Notes under the pieces: generated by a model
Told to the model about the DNA's origin: nothing
The model's database searches: none
The model's input: only the letters and a program-made list of their open reading frames with translations
Shown here: piece by piece, positions 41,673 through 54,996 of the stretch
Position numbering within the stretch: position 1 is the first letter of the stretch
Layout of the letters: the number at the start of each line of letters is the position of its first letter
Origin: Eledone cirrhosa
Taxonomy: Eukaryota
DNA length: 64,000 nucleotides
Reading direction: 5' to 3'
Assembly (NCBI GenBank): GCA_964016885.1
Contig: OZ024742.1
Location: forward strand, 97,092,001 to 97,156,000
Made by a program: the position numbers and the translations under genes

Positions 41673-42016
41673 TGTTTGATTCCTCAAAGTAGCCGATGGC
41701 TACTTCTTCCATCTGTAAGGTTTTCTACCTTATTTTATAAGCTATTTCATCACATCTCTGTGCATATCATGCAAAACATATTAATGTACAAATACTGAGC
41801 TCAGCTTCAGCGATCATCTGTTCATAGATAACACTGTGTAATAAATATTGCTATGCATAATTCAAAAACTAGCAGGCCTGAAACTTTGGGATCATTTTCA
41901 ATTCTATATCATACAGAATTTTGTCTCAAAATACAAACATGACAGTAAATCACACTCACACACAAACACACAACAAACACGCCCACATGCACACACTCAC
42001 ACACAACAAACACGCC

Positions 42017-42070
<54 letters not shown>

Positions 42071-42190
42071 TATAGACATAGAATATTCGAAAATATTCTG
42101 TATGTTTATAATAAACATTTTGAAGACCTAATCGCTATAGAATAGAATACGTCACGTATTACAATTAGATTCTCGATAAAAGCAAGGGAA

Positions 42191-42233
42191 GTAATCTACG
42201 CGTTTCATTCTAGTTAGAAATCATCAGGACTAC
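42191..42233 (-). ncRNA. Type I hammerhead ribozyme, first of 9 minus-strand copies spaced 310 bp
   Basis: Reverse complement of GTAGTC-CTGATGA-TTTCTAACTAGAAT-GAAA-CGCG-TA^GATTAC. Confidence 0.88.
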
Positions 42234-45066
42234 ATATCCAGTGCTTTTATCGAGAATGACACAGCTAGAGACTTATAGAATACTTAGCTGTGTACAGGAA
42301 CTGGTTTGAAAGAGCGGTTGCCGGTCCGGCAGAAATTAGAAATTGGAATAAATGCTCTGAAATAGCGATATATATGTGAATATAGACATAGAATATTCGA
42401 AAATATTCTGTATGTTTATAATAAACATTTTGAAGACCTAATCGCTATAGAATAGAATACGTCACGTATTACAATTAGATTCTCGATAAAAGCAAGGGAA
42501 GTAATCTACGCGTTTCATTCTAGTTAGAAATCATCAGGACTACATATCCAGTGCTTTTATCGAGAATGACACAGCTAGAGACTTATAGAATACTTAGCTG
42601 TGTACAGGAACTGGTTTGAAAGAGCGGTTGCCGGTCCGGCAGAAATTAGAAATTGGAATAAATGCTCTGAAATAGCGATATATATGTGAATATAGACATA
42701 GAATATTCGAAAATATTCTGTATGTTTATAATAAACATTTTGAAGACCTAATCGCTATAGAATAGAATACGTCACGTATTACAATTAGATTCTCGATAAA
42801 AGCAAGGGAAGTAATCTACGCGTTTCATTCTAGTTAGAAATCATCAGGACTACATATCCAGTGCTTTTATCGAGAATGACACAGCTAGAGACTTATAGAA
42901 TACTTAGCTGTGTACAGGAACTGGTTTGAAAGAGCGGTTGCCGGTCCGGCAGAAATTAGAAATTGGAATAAATGCTCTGAAATAGCGATATATATGTGAA
43001 TATAGACATAGAATATTCGAAAATATTCTGTATGTTTATAATAAACATTTTGAAGACCTAATCGCTATAGAATAGAATACGTCACGTATTACAATTAGAT
43101 TCTCGATAAAAGCAAGGGAAGTAATCTACGCGTTTCATTCTAGTTAGAAATCATCAGGACTACATATCCAGTGCTTTTATCGAGAATGACACAGCTAGAG
43201 ACTTATAGAATACTTAGCTGTGTACAGGAACTGGTTTGAAAGAGCGGTTGCCGGTCCGGCAGAAATTAGAAATTGGAATAAATGCTCTGAAATAGCGATA
43301 TATATGTGAATATAGACATAGAATATTCGAAAATATTCTGTATGTTTATAATAAACATTTTGAAGACCTAATCGCTATAGAATAGAATACGTCACGTATT
43401 ACAATTAGATTCTCGATAAAAGCAAGGGAAGTAATCTACGCGTTTCATTCTAGTTAGAAATCATCAGGACTACATATCCAGTGCTTTTATCGAGAATGAC
43501 ACAGCTAGAGACTTATAGAATACTTAGCTGTGTACAGGAACTGGTTTGAAAGAGCGGTTGCCGGTCCGGCAGAAATTAGAAATTGGAATAAATGCTCTGA
43601 AATAGCGATATATATGTGAATATAGACATAGAATATTCGAAAATATTCTGTATGTTTATAATAAACATTTTGAAGACCTAATCGCTATAGAATAGAATAC
43701 GTCACGTATTACAATTAGATTCTCGATAAAAGCAAGGGAAGTAATCTACGCGTTTCATTCTAGTTAGAAATCATCAGGACTACATATCCAGTGCTTTTAT
43801 CGAGAATGACACAGCTAGAGACTTATAGAATACTTAGCTGTGTACAGGAACTGGTTTGAAAGAGCGGTTGCCGGTCCGGCAGAAATTAGAAATTGGAATA
43901 AATGCTCTGAAATAGCGATATATATGTGAATATAGACATAGAATATTCGAAAATATTCTGTATGTTTATAATAAACATTTTGAAGACCTAATCGCTATAG
44001 AATAGAATACGTCACGTATTACAATTAGATTCTCGATAAAAGCAAGGGAAGTAATCTACGCGTTTCATTCTAGTTAGAAATCATCAGGACTACATATCCA
44101 GTGCTTTTATCGAGAATGACACAGCTAGAGACTTATAGAATACTTAGCTGTGTACAGGAACTGGTTTGAAAGAGCGGTTGCCGGTCCGGCAGAAATTAGA
44201 AATTGGAATAAATGCTCTGAAATAGCGATATATATGTGAATATAGACATAGAATATTCGAAAATATTCTGTATGTTTATAATAAACATTTTGAAGACCTA
44301 ATCGCTATAGAATAGAATACGTCACGTATTACAATTAGATTCTCGATAAAAGCAAGGGAAGTAATCTACGCGTTTCATTCTAGTTAGAAATCATCAGGAC
44401 TACATATCCAGTGCTTTTATCGAGAATGACACAGCTAGAGACTTATAGAATACTTAGCTGTGTACAGGAACTGGTTTGAAAGAGCGGTTGCCGGTCCGGC
44501 AGAAATTAGAAATTGGAATAAATGCTCTGAAATAGCGATATATATGTGAATATAGACATAGAATATTCGAAAATATTCTGTATGTTTATAATAAACATTT
44601 TGAAGACCTAATCGCTATAGAATAGAATACGTCACGTATTACAATTAGATTCTCGATAAAAGCAAGGGAAGTAATCTACGCGTTTTATTCTAGTTAGAAA
44701 TCATCAGGACTACATATCCAGTGCTTTTATCGAGAATGACACAGCTAGAGACTTATATAGTCCTGATGATTTCTAACTAGAATGAAACGCGTAGATTACT
44801 TCCCTTGCTTTTATCGAGAATCTAATTGTAATACGTGACGTATTCTATTCTATAGCGATTAGGTCTTCAAAATGTTTATTATAAACATACAGAATATTTT
44901 CGAATATTCTATGTCTATATTCACATATATATCGCTATTTCAGAGCATTTATTCCAATTTCTAATTTCTGCCGGACCGGCAACCGCTCTTTCAAACCAGT
45001 TCCTGTACACAGCTAAGTATTCTATAAGTCTCTAGCTGTGTCATTCTCGATAAAAGCACTGGATAT

Positions 45067-45109
45067 GTAGTCCTGATGATTTCTAACTAGAATGAAACGC
45101 GTAGATTAC
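45067..45109 (+). ncRNA. Type I hammerhead ribozyme, one of 4 plus-strand copies (44758, 45067, 45377, 45687)
   Basis: Helix I GTAGTC/GATTAC, core CTGATGA and GAAA, helix II TTCT-AACT-AGAA, palindromic helix III ACGCGT; predicted cleavage after GUA at 45103. Confidence 0.88.
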
Positions 45110-45882
45110 TTCCCTTGCTTTTATCGAGAATCTAATTGTAATACGTGACGTATTCTATTCTATAGCGATTAGGTCTTCAAAATGTTTATTATAAACATAC
45201 AGAATATTTTCGAATATTCTATGTCTACATTCACATATATATCGCTATTTCAGAGCATTTATTCCAATTTCTAATTTCTGCCGGACCGGCAACCGCTCTT
45301 TCAAACCAGTTCCTGTACACAGCTAAGTATTCTATAAGTCTCTAGCTGTGTCATTCTCGATAAAAGCACTGGATATGTAGTCCTGATGATTTCTAACTAG
45401 AATGAAACGCGTAGATTACTTCCCTTGCTTTTATCGAGAATCTAATTGTAATACGTGACGTATTCTATTCTATAGCGATTAGGTCTTCAAAATGTTTATT
45501 ATAAACATACAGAATATTTTCGAATATTCTATGTCTATATTCACATATATATCGCTATTTCAGAGCATTTATTCCAATTTCTAATTTCTGCCGGACCGGC
45601 AACCGCTCTTTCAAACCAGTTCCTGTACACAGCTAAGTATTCTATAAGTCTCTAGCTGTGTCATTCTCGATAAAAGCACTGGATATGTAGTCCTGATGAT
45701 TTCTAACTAGAATGAAACGCGTAGATTACTTCCCTTGCTTTTATCGAGAATCTAATTGTAATACGTGACGTATTCTATTCTATAGCGATTAGGTCTTCAA
45801 AATGTTTATTATAAACATACAGAATATTTTCGAATATTCTATGTCTATATTCACATATATATCGCTATTTCAGAGCATTTAT

Positions 45883-45956
<74 letters not shown>

Positions 45957-46559
45957 AATGTATATTAGCTTAAAGTAAGCTGCATCAATGCAGGGTGAAA
46001 AGGATTACAGATAATAGGGAAAAACGGAGAAGATTGCTGAGGAGTCTGCAAGGTTAATCCTTTCAATCTTTTTTATGAATTTCAAAATTAATTGAAATAC
46101 ACAGGTGATGTAATTAATAGGAAATACAGTAACTAAGGTGCGGTAGTGAAGGGATCTAAAGGTATTAAGTGGGGCAATAGCTAAGGAATGAATACAGGAG
46201 GAGGTATGGAATGAGTGTGGAGGGTGTAATGATGGTGGGAATAGCTGCTAGTTGAGTTGGGAGGGGTGGGGTGTATAGGAGTGAAGAGAGTAGCTCTTAG
46301 GATGCGATAGTGAAGGTATCTAAGAGCATTTGAAGAAGCATCAGCTAAGGAATGAATACTAGAGCGGAGTAGGCTGTATGGGGGAGGTGTAATACTGATG
46401 ATGATTGCTGCTTGGCAGCGCTAGTGGAAGGGAGGGCATGGGATAAGTCAGGCCACATTGTATGCTTCACCAGTACAGCTTAGCACCAACCATTGTGGTC
46501 CTGTGTCATATATGTTGTGAGGTTTGGTTCTTTAATGTCGGCCTACTGATCCCAAACAC

Positions 46560-46880
46560 TGGGGTTTCACTGCAATCTTTATGCAGCTGCTGTCTTTCAT
46601 ACATAGTACATGTCTATCCAATGCAGTCTTCTCTCTTGCACAATACATCCAATTCCTTTAAAGCCAATTTTTTCCCTCAGTTTGCTTATGCTATGTCACA
46701 CTAACTTGTCACACTATACTTGGAGCATACTCATTTCATTTCTTTCTAACCTCCGTAGTTCTTCTATGGTGAAGATTCATTTTTCAGTGCATTGTAGCAT
46801 TGTAATTTGCAGAAAGGCATTATACATTCTACTTTTCTCTCTGGGAAAGAAGCCCTTTGTTGTCAGCAGTTTGCAATCCT
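46560..46880 (-). mobile_element. Highly decayed RTE LINE 3' fragment
   Basis: Minus translation GCIVQERRLHW matches the C-terminus of the other RTE copies. Confidence 0.6.
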
Positions 46881-47339
46881 CTCCCACTCTTAATTTGATC
46901 GCCTATGTATCAACGGATGTTGGCAACTGAAAAAATCTATAATCTTACTGCTTACTTTCTCTGCATCTTACACATTGAAATTGTATCTTTGTACAATCCT
47001 AAAATGTTTGCCAATATGCCCCTAATCCATTTCTCCACCCTAAACAAGAATAAGCAGAGAGATGGAACAACTTTCAGGCCCTCACCTGCCAATATACTCC
47101 TGACTACTTCACCCAACTAATGCAAGCATTGAAACTTAAGAGGAACCTTGACCGATTCACCTTTCTCAATGCAGGAAAGCCTAGTACACTCCTAAAATGA
47201 TCGACACCACCCAACCAACCACTTGCCCAAAGCACTATATGAATGACCTCCCTTTTAGACCACAATGGGAAGTCGGGCACCACCATAACCCCACTCCCTA
47301 GCATGACCATGTACACTGTGCTGTAACGAATTAGTGCTT

Positions 47340-47632
47340 TAAAAGTACCCAGGTGTTAGTGCTGGTGCCATGACAAAAAGCAGCCAATACACTCTATGAA
47401 GTGGTTGGTATAAAGTAGGGCATCCAGCTGTAGAAACCATGCTCCTAGTACGTGCTGTAAAGTGGTTGACTTTAGTAAGTGCACACAGTTGTAAACATCT
47501 AGCCAAAACAATATATATGGGCAGGACCTATTTACCTGACCAAACTGGCCTCAGCATGTGACAGCCATGTAACCCATGCAAGCATGACAAATAGACATTA
47601 AACGATGATAATAATGATGATGATGATGATGA
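47340..47632 (+). mobile_element. SINE or LINE-UTR 3' fragment with (GAT)n tail
   Basis: GGGCATCCAGCTGTAGAAACC..AACCCATGCAAGCATG..GACATTAAACGATGAT. Confidence 0.65.
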
Positions 47633-49123
47633 TATATTACATTAAAGTTAATAAAAATAAACTAAATCTTACTTTCTATTAGAAGTTACATAAAAACCGT
47701 TTATTAACATATGTTTTGAACACCAGCTTAATACTTATAAAATCACTTATTTCACTAAATTTGTTCTTACTTTCTGGTGTGGCCAGCTGTTCTCCTAGGC
47801 AATACTTTTACCTTCTTTTCTGTGGGCACGGCTTAGACATACCACACCTAGACAGGTGTATGGCGTCTGCTCACACTTCCCTTCCTTTTTCACATTAATT
47901 AATTTTTTTCTCTTATGTGAAATATTTTTATGAATATAGTTTTCTGGTTTTAGATGGAAAGCCACAGATATTCACCATATTATGGCATCTCTTTCTCTCC
48001 ACACTTTTCAAAATTAATTGAATCACATAGGCAGAATATTCCGTTAGAAATATCACCAGAAAAAGGTAAAATAGGAAGTAGAAAGTAATAGCGAAGGTGA
48101 ATAAAGATTTGTATCAATAACATAGACAAATGTGGAGGGGTAAATTTCTATACTAGAAATGTTTCATTCAGTCGAAATACTCATCGTAAGGATTATAATT
48201 TGAAAAACACTATGTATATATAAATATAGTGAGAAGTGTTGAACGTTGAGAGGATAACAACTACCATATCATTAAGCTAAAAATAAATCTTATAGCTCTT
48301 CGATGTCAGAAGTACTCTAAGAGGAGAAAATTGTCAGAAGAAAGGTTTGCAGAAAAATAAAACTAAGAGAGTCTGTATTTTTGGCAAATATATTAATCAA
48401 TTTTATTGCATAAATAAATAAAAGAGAATTGAAAATTTAATATATATGCTGCTAGGTAATACAGTTAGGAACATTCTTTCAGTGTATTTTAAAAAGATTA
48501 TACTATTAATAATTTGTTTAACAAGTCAACATTGAGGCACTCATGATGTAGTTTATTAAAAATAAATACTAATAAAAGATTTTTTTTAAATTTATATATA
48601 ATTACATCCCAATCTCAACAGTAACATACAGTCTTCACACATTTTGTAATCATATTTCTAATGAAATATACTGCCTATAATTTTGAATTCATTATTATAA
48701 TAATCAAGAATTTGGAGAGATTAAGAAATATAACTAACTTTCTCAATATTTCGTTGGTGTTTGGATATAACAAATGTTGGACATTTTTTTAGATGAATAT
48801 AAGCATTTTAGAATAACCAGCTTTGTATAACAGAACCAGAAGCTGTTTTACAAGATTTAGTACCAAACGGGTAAATAACTAATTAAAACCTTGATACTCA
48901 TAACTGCATTAGATAGGAGATTTAAGGTAGACTTGTATGCATTAAGTGTTCACATTTTTTATATTTATTGAGCGAATGAAACTGATTTAATATATTCCCT
49001 AATATTGCTGACATTCATAGTTTTATTTCTCTGCCATCCTTCCATCTATCAATCTTTTCTACTTAAAGTACTTCTGACTTTCTAGCTCTATAATATCCTC
49101 TCTAGCGTCTATAATATACAAGT

Positions 49124-49189
<66 letters not shown>

Positions 49190-49191
<2 letters not shown>

Positions 49192-49367
49192 ATAGTTTCT
49201 GATTTAGACAGAATGCCAACAATATATGGGGAGAGGGAAAGTCGATTAAATTGACCCCAGTGCATTACTGGTACTTTATTTTATTGACCCCATAACGATG
49301 AAAGGCAAAGCTAACTTCGGTGGGATTTGAATTCGTAAAGGGCCGTAACTCTTTGCCAATCCACTGC

Positions 49368-49370
<3 letters not shown>
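49190..49370 (-). mobile_element. SINE family 2 copy
   Basis: ACTGGTACTTTATTTTATTGACCCC..GATGAAAGGCAAAG..GGGATTTGAATTC. Confidence 0.7.
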
Positions 49371-49408
<38 letters not shown>

Positions 49409-49438
49409 TATAACAAGAAGAAGAAGGATTTAGATCGA

Positions 49439-49469
<31 letters not shown>

Positions 49470-50984
49470 TTGGAAGCATAATGGCTAACTAACTACACAC
49501 GTTTTCTACCACAAAATATTTTTCACATTTTCGTTCTTTACTTATTCTCATCTATCTTTCTCCTTCTTTTGCCTCTCATTTCATCTTCCAGTGAAGGACT
49601 AACGTTTCAAACGTTAACTGTCTTTTCCTACTCTCATGTTTTACGCTAATTCATGAATCCCAAATTTGTTTATTTACTTTCTTAACAATCTATATATTTA
49701 ATTTTGCCGATACATTTTCCAATATGTAGATTGTGATTACAGTGATAAAATTGAAATACAGAATTAACAACATTTTTTTAACACCTTCATTAATATATAT
49801 ATTTCCATTTAATAATAATCTCATTTACTAAATACTTTCGATAATTATTTGTAGTAGACTAAACAATAAACTCGGGAGTTTTTTCATCAGCCTATTACAT
49901 TTTACATTGTTAACAAATATCAACTAGGAAAATCTTTTAGATTTTCCGCACACCTGCAACACGATCTCTACAACTATGAACTACAAACAAACATTAAATT
50001 CTTTTTCATTTCATCAACATAAAAGTAATATAAACCTTTGAAAATGTATTGCTGTATAATTACGTAAAAAAATATGCATTATTAAGAAGCTTACGAGGAA
50101 ACAAATTCAAATGGGCACTCACTAAACTGTAGTTATGCAAGCAACAAAAGGTCAATTAGTCTTGCTTAAACAAATTCTGTTTGAGTGTGGATGAGTGTTG
50201 TAATTGCCTTTGTTCACATTCTTCTGTTAATTATGTTTGAAATAAGACAACAGGAAATAAACAACGATAAATTGAAAGCAGATTATTGCTTTCTCTTTAT
50301 TTACTCTGATAATTTAAAACACTCGTTTCACTATTATTGGTTTGTTTTTCTTCTATGTATTTATGTTTATTGATAACTTATGTTTTATTGTTTTTTAAGG
50401 GACTCTTTGTATGTAGGCTTTTGTTAGTCATTGATGGTATAAAACAAATTATCCCTAGATAGATGTATTTTAATTGATGTGCTAACAAATGAGGTTCTGG
50501 AGCTAGTTAGATTCTTTAATTAGGGGCATTTGTATATATATATATATATAATTATTCCAACTAAAAAGCTTTGGCTGATCAAACAATCGACCTATTGTAG
50601 TGTAAACAGACATAAGCAGTCCATGATGTGGGTACCTTAAAGTATTGCCTATATGGCACCAAACGAAGTGTCAATATTATAAAAGCTGCGAATGCTGTAG
50701 CACCCTTACCACTGCATCCAGGATGTGGGAAGAAGCAAAAGAGTCACTAAATGTGACGTCCCAGATAAGGAACCTGCCTCAACCAGGTGTACAGAGTAAG
50801 ACTGTCAGGTCTTTTCCAATCAATTCTGGACAACCCAGACGGTTCTAAAATTGAGGGGATGTTTGCCATGGCCAAGGCTCTTAAGTGGTAATAGGGCAGT
50901 GTGTGTATGTGACTTTGTCAGCATTCTTAAATTAGAGACGTGTGTGTGTGTGTGTTTGTGTGTGTCACCATTTTTAAGTTAGAG

Positions 50985-51360
50985 ACATGGAGTAACATTA
51001 CATCTGAAATGGAATAACATTACTCGATAAAGTGCATAGCTCTGTTATCAGAGAGTCACTCCTGGTAGAGCCGCTACTTTTCCGAATTGAGAGATCACAG
51101 CTCCGATACTATGGGCATGTGGTTAGAATGTCTCAGGAAAGAATCGCTGCACAGATTTTACAGGCAAAACCATCCAGCAAGAGACCCAGAGGTAGATCAT
51201 GAGCAAGATAATCGGATAACATCCATGAGCTTGGCTGCTCATTCTTTTGGATCCTTCTGGATCAGTAAGAGATGTTTGCTTTTGACAGACTCCCTGGAAG
51301 GAGTGTTTGAGATGGATTCTGTGCCCATGACCCTTTCAGAAATAATTGGTCGAAGAAGAT
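50985..51360 (+). mobile_element. RTE LINE 3' fragment (same family as 61795-63235)
   Basis: GITLLDKVHSSVIRESLLVEPLLFRIERSQLRYYGHVVRMSQERIAAQILQAKPSSKRPRGR. Confidence 0.8.
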
Positions 51361-52340
51361 ATTGTCACTTTAATTTTCAATTTACATATATCTATATAGT
51401 ACCAATATGCACATTACACATGCCAGCAGAAAACCACCCGCAGGGTGGTTTTTCTGCTAGTTACTATAATGCTTAATGTAATGTTTCAGATGTTGTTTCT
51501 TCAGCGGAAAATAAAATGAAGGAATAAAGAAACAATAAAAAAATCGGTAAGAGTAAGGAAAGAATGGAAACCAGAATATTTTTTTCTGGAGGAAAACATG
51601 TTTGTAGTTAGTTATTTGGGCTTCTGTTGGGGATTGGTTGGCCTGAAGCTTTTTTAGAAGACACTTATTCAGGAAGCTACACAGGAACATCAAACCGACA
51701 ACCATAAGGTTGTAAAATGGATTTCTAAACCATACAACAATACCAATATTTATCCAATTATAATCTGATTCAATAAATATTTCCATTTCCATGGAAGGAT
51801 AACTCCTACTATAGAAAGTTTCCTCTACTTATCTCTGTGTGTTGTAGATAGCTATGTTTATTTATACCAGTTTCTTATCATTATTTTCCCTGCTCTATTA
51901 GCTACTCCCACTATACTCAGCTTCACTCATCAACTCCCAAACTACTGTTTATTTCAATGAAATTTTGTCATGTTACTCTTTTATGCTTTTACATGTTCCA
52001 GCATATGGGCTCTAGCCATGCTGGATCACTGCAATTATTGCCAAACTTTCTATCTCCCACCCTTCCTTATTTGGTAATACATGAATAAATAAGTTTGATA
52101 TTGCTGCTCTCATTCACATGTAAGCTTGTTTGGGATCTTGGACAGAAGAATGTTGAGATGCTTCCTGAAAGCATCTACAGCTACTCTATGTAGATGTGTT
52201 AGGTCTATTTGTAAAATATTAAAGAGCATTTCAATGTTTATTTAGATATTCATCCTCATCATCATCATTTTATCACTTAGATTGGTCTTAAGTGACAGTG
52301 TCTGGGTTACATCAGTAATAATCAAGCATTATTTTTAAAA

Positions 52341-52600
52341 GGGCGGTGGATTGGCAGTATCGGTAGATTGTCTGACGCCATGCTTTCCAGCATAGTTACG
52401 TCCCTTTACAGTTGGAGTTCAAATCCCACCGAGCTTAACTTTGCCTTTCATCCTTACGGGGTCGATAAAATAAAGTACCAGTAATGCACTGGAATAATTG
52501 CTTGCCTTGTGCCAAAAGTAGAAACAATTATTTTAAAAAATAAAGAACCAGTAATGTACTGGGTAATTTGCTGGCCTTGTGCCAAAATTAGAAACAATTA
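52341..52600 (+). mobile_element. SINE family 2 copy with duplicated 3' end
   Basis: A box TGGCAGTATCGG, B box GAGTTCAAATCC, CTTTGCCTTTCATCCTTACGGGGTCGATAAAATAAAGTACCAG. Confidence 0.8.
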
Positions 52601-53523
52601 ATTTTAAACATATATACTCTGGAGTTTACTAACTAACATGTTCCTAGATATGACTGTATGATGTTAATTACCAGGTTTCCACCTCAATCTGATCATCGAC
52701 AGTCTCAATCATTTTATCATCAGCCTCAAATATGGTATCAACAATTTTGATTTCATCACTGTCAACTTAATTTTCATCGCTACTGTAAGACGGAGTGTAT
52801 CTCTTTTGCATTATGAAGAGTAGGACATCAGTGATTACTTGTTACAGAATTGCAATCGAATGTAAACAATTTAAAGTTTTGACAAAGATTATAATTACTC
52901 TATTTAGAAACCATCAACAACCTCATTATTATAGAATTACTCACTAAACTATATACAACTGAAGAAAGATGAAAACGAATAACATTAATTTAACATCTAT
53001 TTATTATTCCCATTGCCTAACTCTCTTAACACACACAGTCCTAAAATATCCCCTGATGACTAGATTTAGTACATAAAGTAATCACAGTGATATGTAAATA
53101 CATAATCAAACAACAGGTTTATTTTGTTGTAATGACAAATTTGTAAGAGAAAACTTGCATAACAGCCCAAGAGGTCACATAGAGACTCCTCATTATTTCA
53201 TTTTGTATAATGATGTAACATAGATTGGTGATAAATAACAAGATTTTAGTTATGTCAATAATAGTCAGACACTATTTCAAATTTATCAACTCTAACTCTC
53301 CTCTAGACTTTATGTATGCCAACATCTATTTTTACTTTAATTGGTCTTCAACTAAGTATAATTGTTTGATCGTGACCATTGATTATTGATTGCAGTTGAA
53401 CGGTTTCTAATTGCTATTGCAATCTTATATAGCGTAAAAGCTGTTGAAAAATATCTATCTATCTATATATCTATCTCTCTCTCTCTCTCTCTCTCTCTCC
53501 CTCTCGCTCTCTCTCTCTATATA

Positions 53524-53612
53524 TATTCTATTCTATTCTAAGGCGGGTAAAATTCCCGAGATCCATGGACGAGTTCTCTCCAGCGGTCTCTGTCCCTCAC
53601 TATCGCTGCCAT
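53524..53612 (-). mobile_element. 75-bp extreme 3' stub of the 10500-12178 RTE family plus (TAGAA)n tail
   Basis: 53538-53612 matches 10500-10574 with about 3 substitutions. Confidence 0.88.
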
Positions 53613-53617
53613 ATATA

Positions 53618-53935
53618 TATATCATCATCATCACCGCTTTACGTCCGTTCTTCCACGCTAACATGGGTTAGACGGGTTGTCCTGTTGTGGGCAGTAGCTG
53701 GTCGGCTGACTATGTCTTACTCATATGAAACTGATTCTGGCTTGATTTCTACAGCTGGATGCCCTTCCTAACACCAACCTCATTTACAGTGAGAGCTAGG
53801 TGCTTTTTTTCCTTGGCGCCTACACGTCCACTTTACAGTGTGGGCTGGGTGCTTTTTTGCCGTCGCACCTCCACGACCACTTTCCAGTGGGAGGAGGTGG
53901 GTTCATATTATCTATATGCTTCACCTTCGGCTGAA
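53618..53935 (-). mobile_element. LINE UTR / SINE family 1 3' part
   Basis: Co-linear with 34945-35255. Confidence 0.8.
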
Positions 53936-53948
53936 TATATATATATAT

Positions 53949-54021
<73 letters not shown>

Positions 54022-54255
54022 ACTCTGTAAAGTGCACTGTATCGTTCATAATAAAATGCTCCCAGTACATACTGTAAATTGATAGGCATTAGTAACGGTA
54101 TCCAGACAGAGCAACCATACTAAAATGAATTATGTGATCTTGACATATTCACCTGCCCATTCTAACTACAGAATGGAACAGCACACCGATCCATTGCAAG
54201 CATGGAAAATAGACAATAATTAGATAGACAATAAATGGGTTGATGATGATGACTA

Positions 54256-54323
<68 letters not shown>

Positions 54324-54996
54324 ATAATAATAAATGTGAAGACTAAAATCTAAAGAGGGCTCGATAAGGATAAATATATATCAAATATATAAGAACCATA
54401 GAGCAAACATAGAGGTGTGTATGTATATATTTAATCTAAACTATAATAATGAAAGGTCTGCGGGATTGCGTACGGTTTATCTTTTTTTATCCCGTTTGTA
54501 AAATAAGTTGGATTACTTTGAATAAATAATGAATGAATATTGCATAATTTATCTACTCAATTTCGTAAACAAAAATAATTTCGTAAAAATAAATAATTTC
54601 AAATTGACTTCTTTTCAAAGTTGCACTTCCGGAATATAGTCGCCACTACTTCAACTACCAAATATATAGAAAGAGAGAATTTGTGATGAGAGAGATAGAG
54701 AGATTATGATTTTCTACACCTGACGCGTATGATTCTGCACATACATACATCTATATGTATGAGTATATAATTATTATGAGTATATAACTATAATCGCGCA
54801 AACTCAAACTTATAAAAATACACTCTCACGGACATAATTCACACAAATACACATACTTTCACAAAATATACATACATTCATACATACCTTCACAGAAACA
54901 TGCATACATTCACACAAACATACATTCTTTCACACAAATATACATACATTCACACATATACTTTCACTCAAACATACATACATTCACACATATCAT

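Larger units (their letters stand above)
42067..45888. repeat. 310-bp tandem array of a hammerhead-ribozyme unit (retrozyme-like): ~8.7 units on minus, then ~3.65 inverted units on plus
   Basis: Exact period 310 (TATAGACATA at 42071, 42381 ... 44551). Orientation flips at 44757/44758. I saw only two substitutions (44686, 45228). (TA)n flanks both ends. Confidence 0.97.

Noticed and set aside
48150-48192. Possible eroded hammerhead on minus (ACGATGA..GAAACATTTC); similar weak cases at ~49588-49620 and ~53053
   Set aside because: Core or helices too degenerate to separate from chance.
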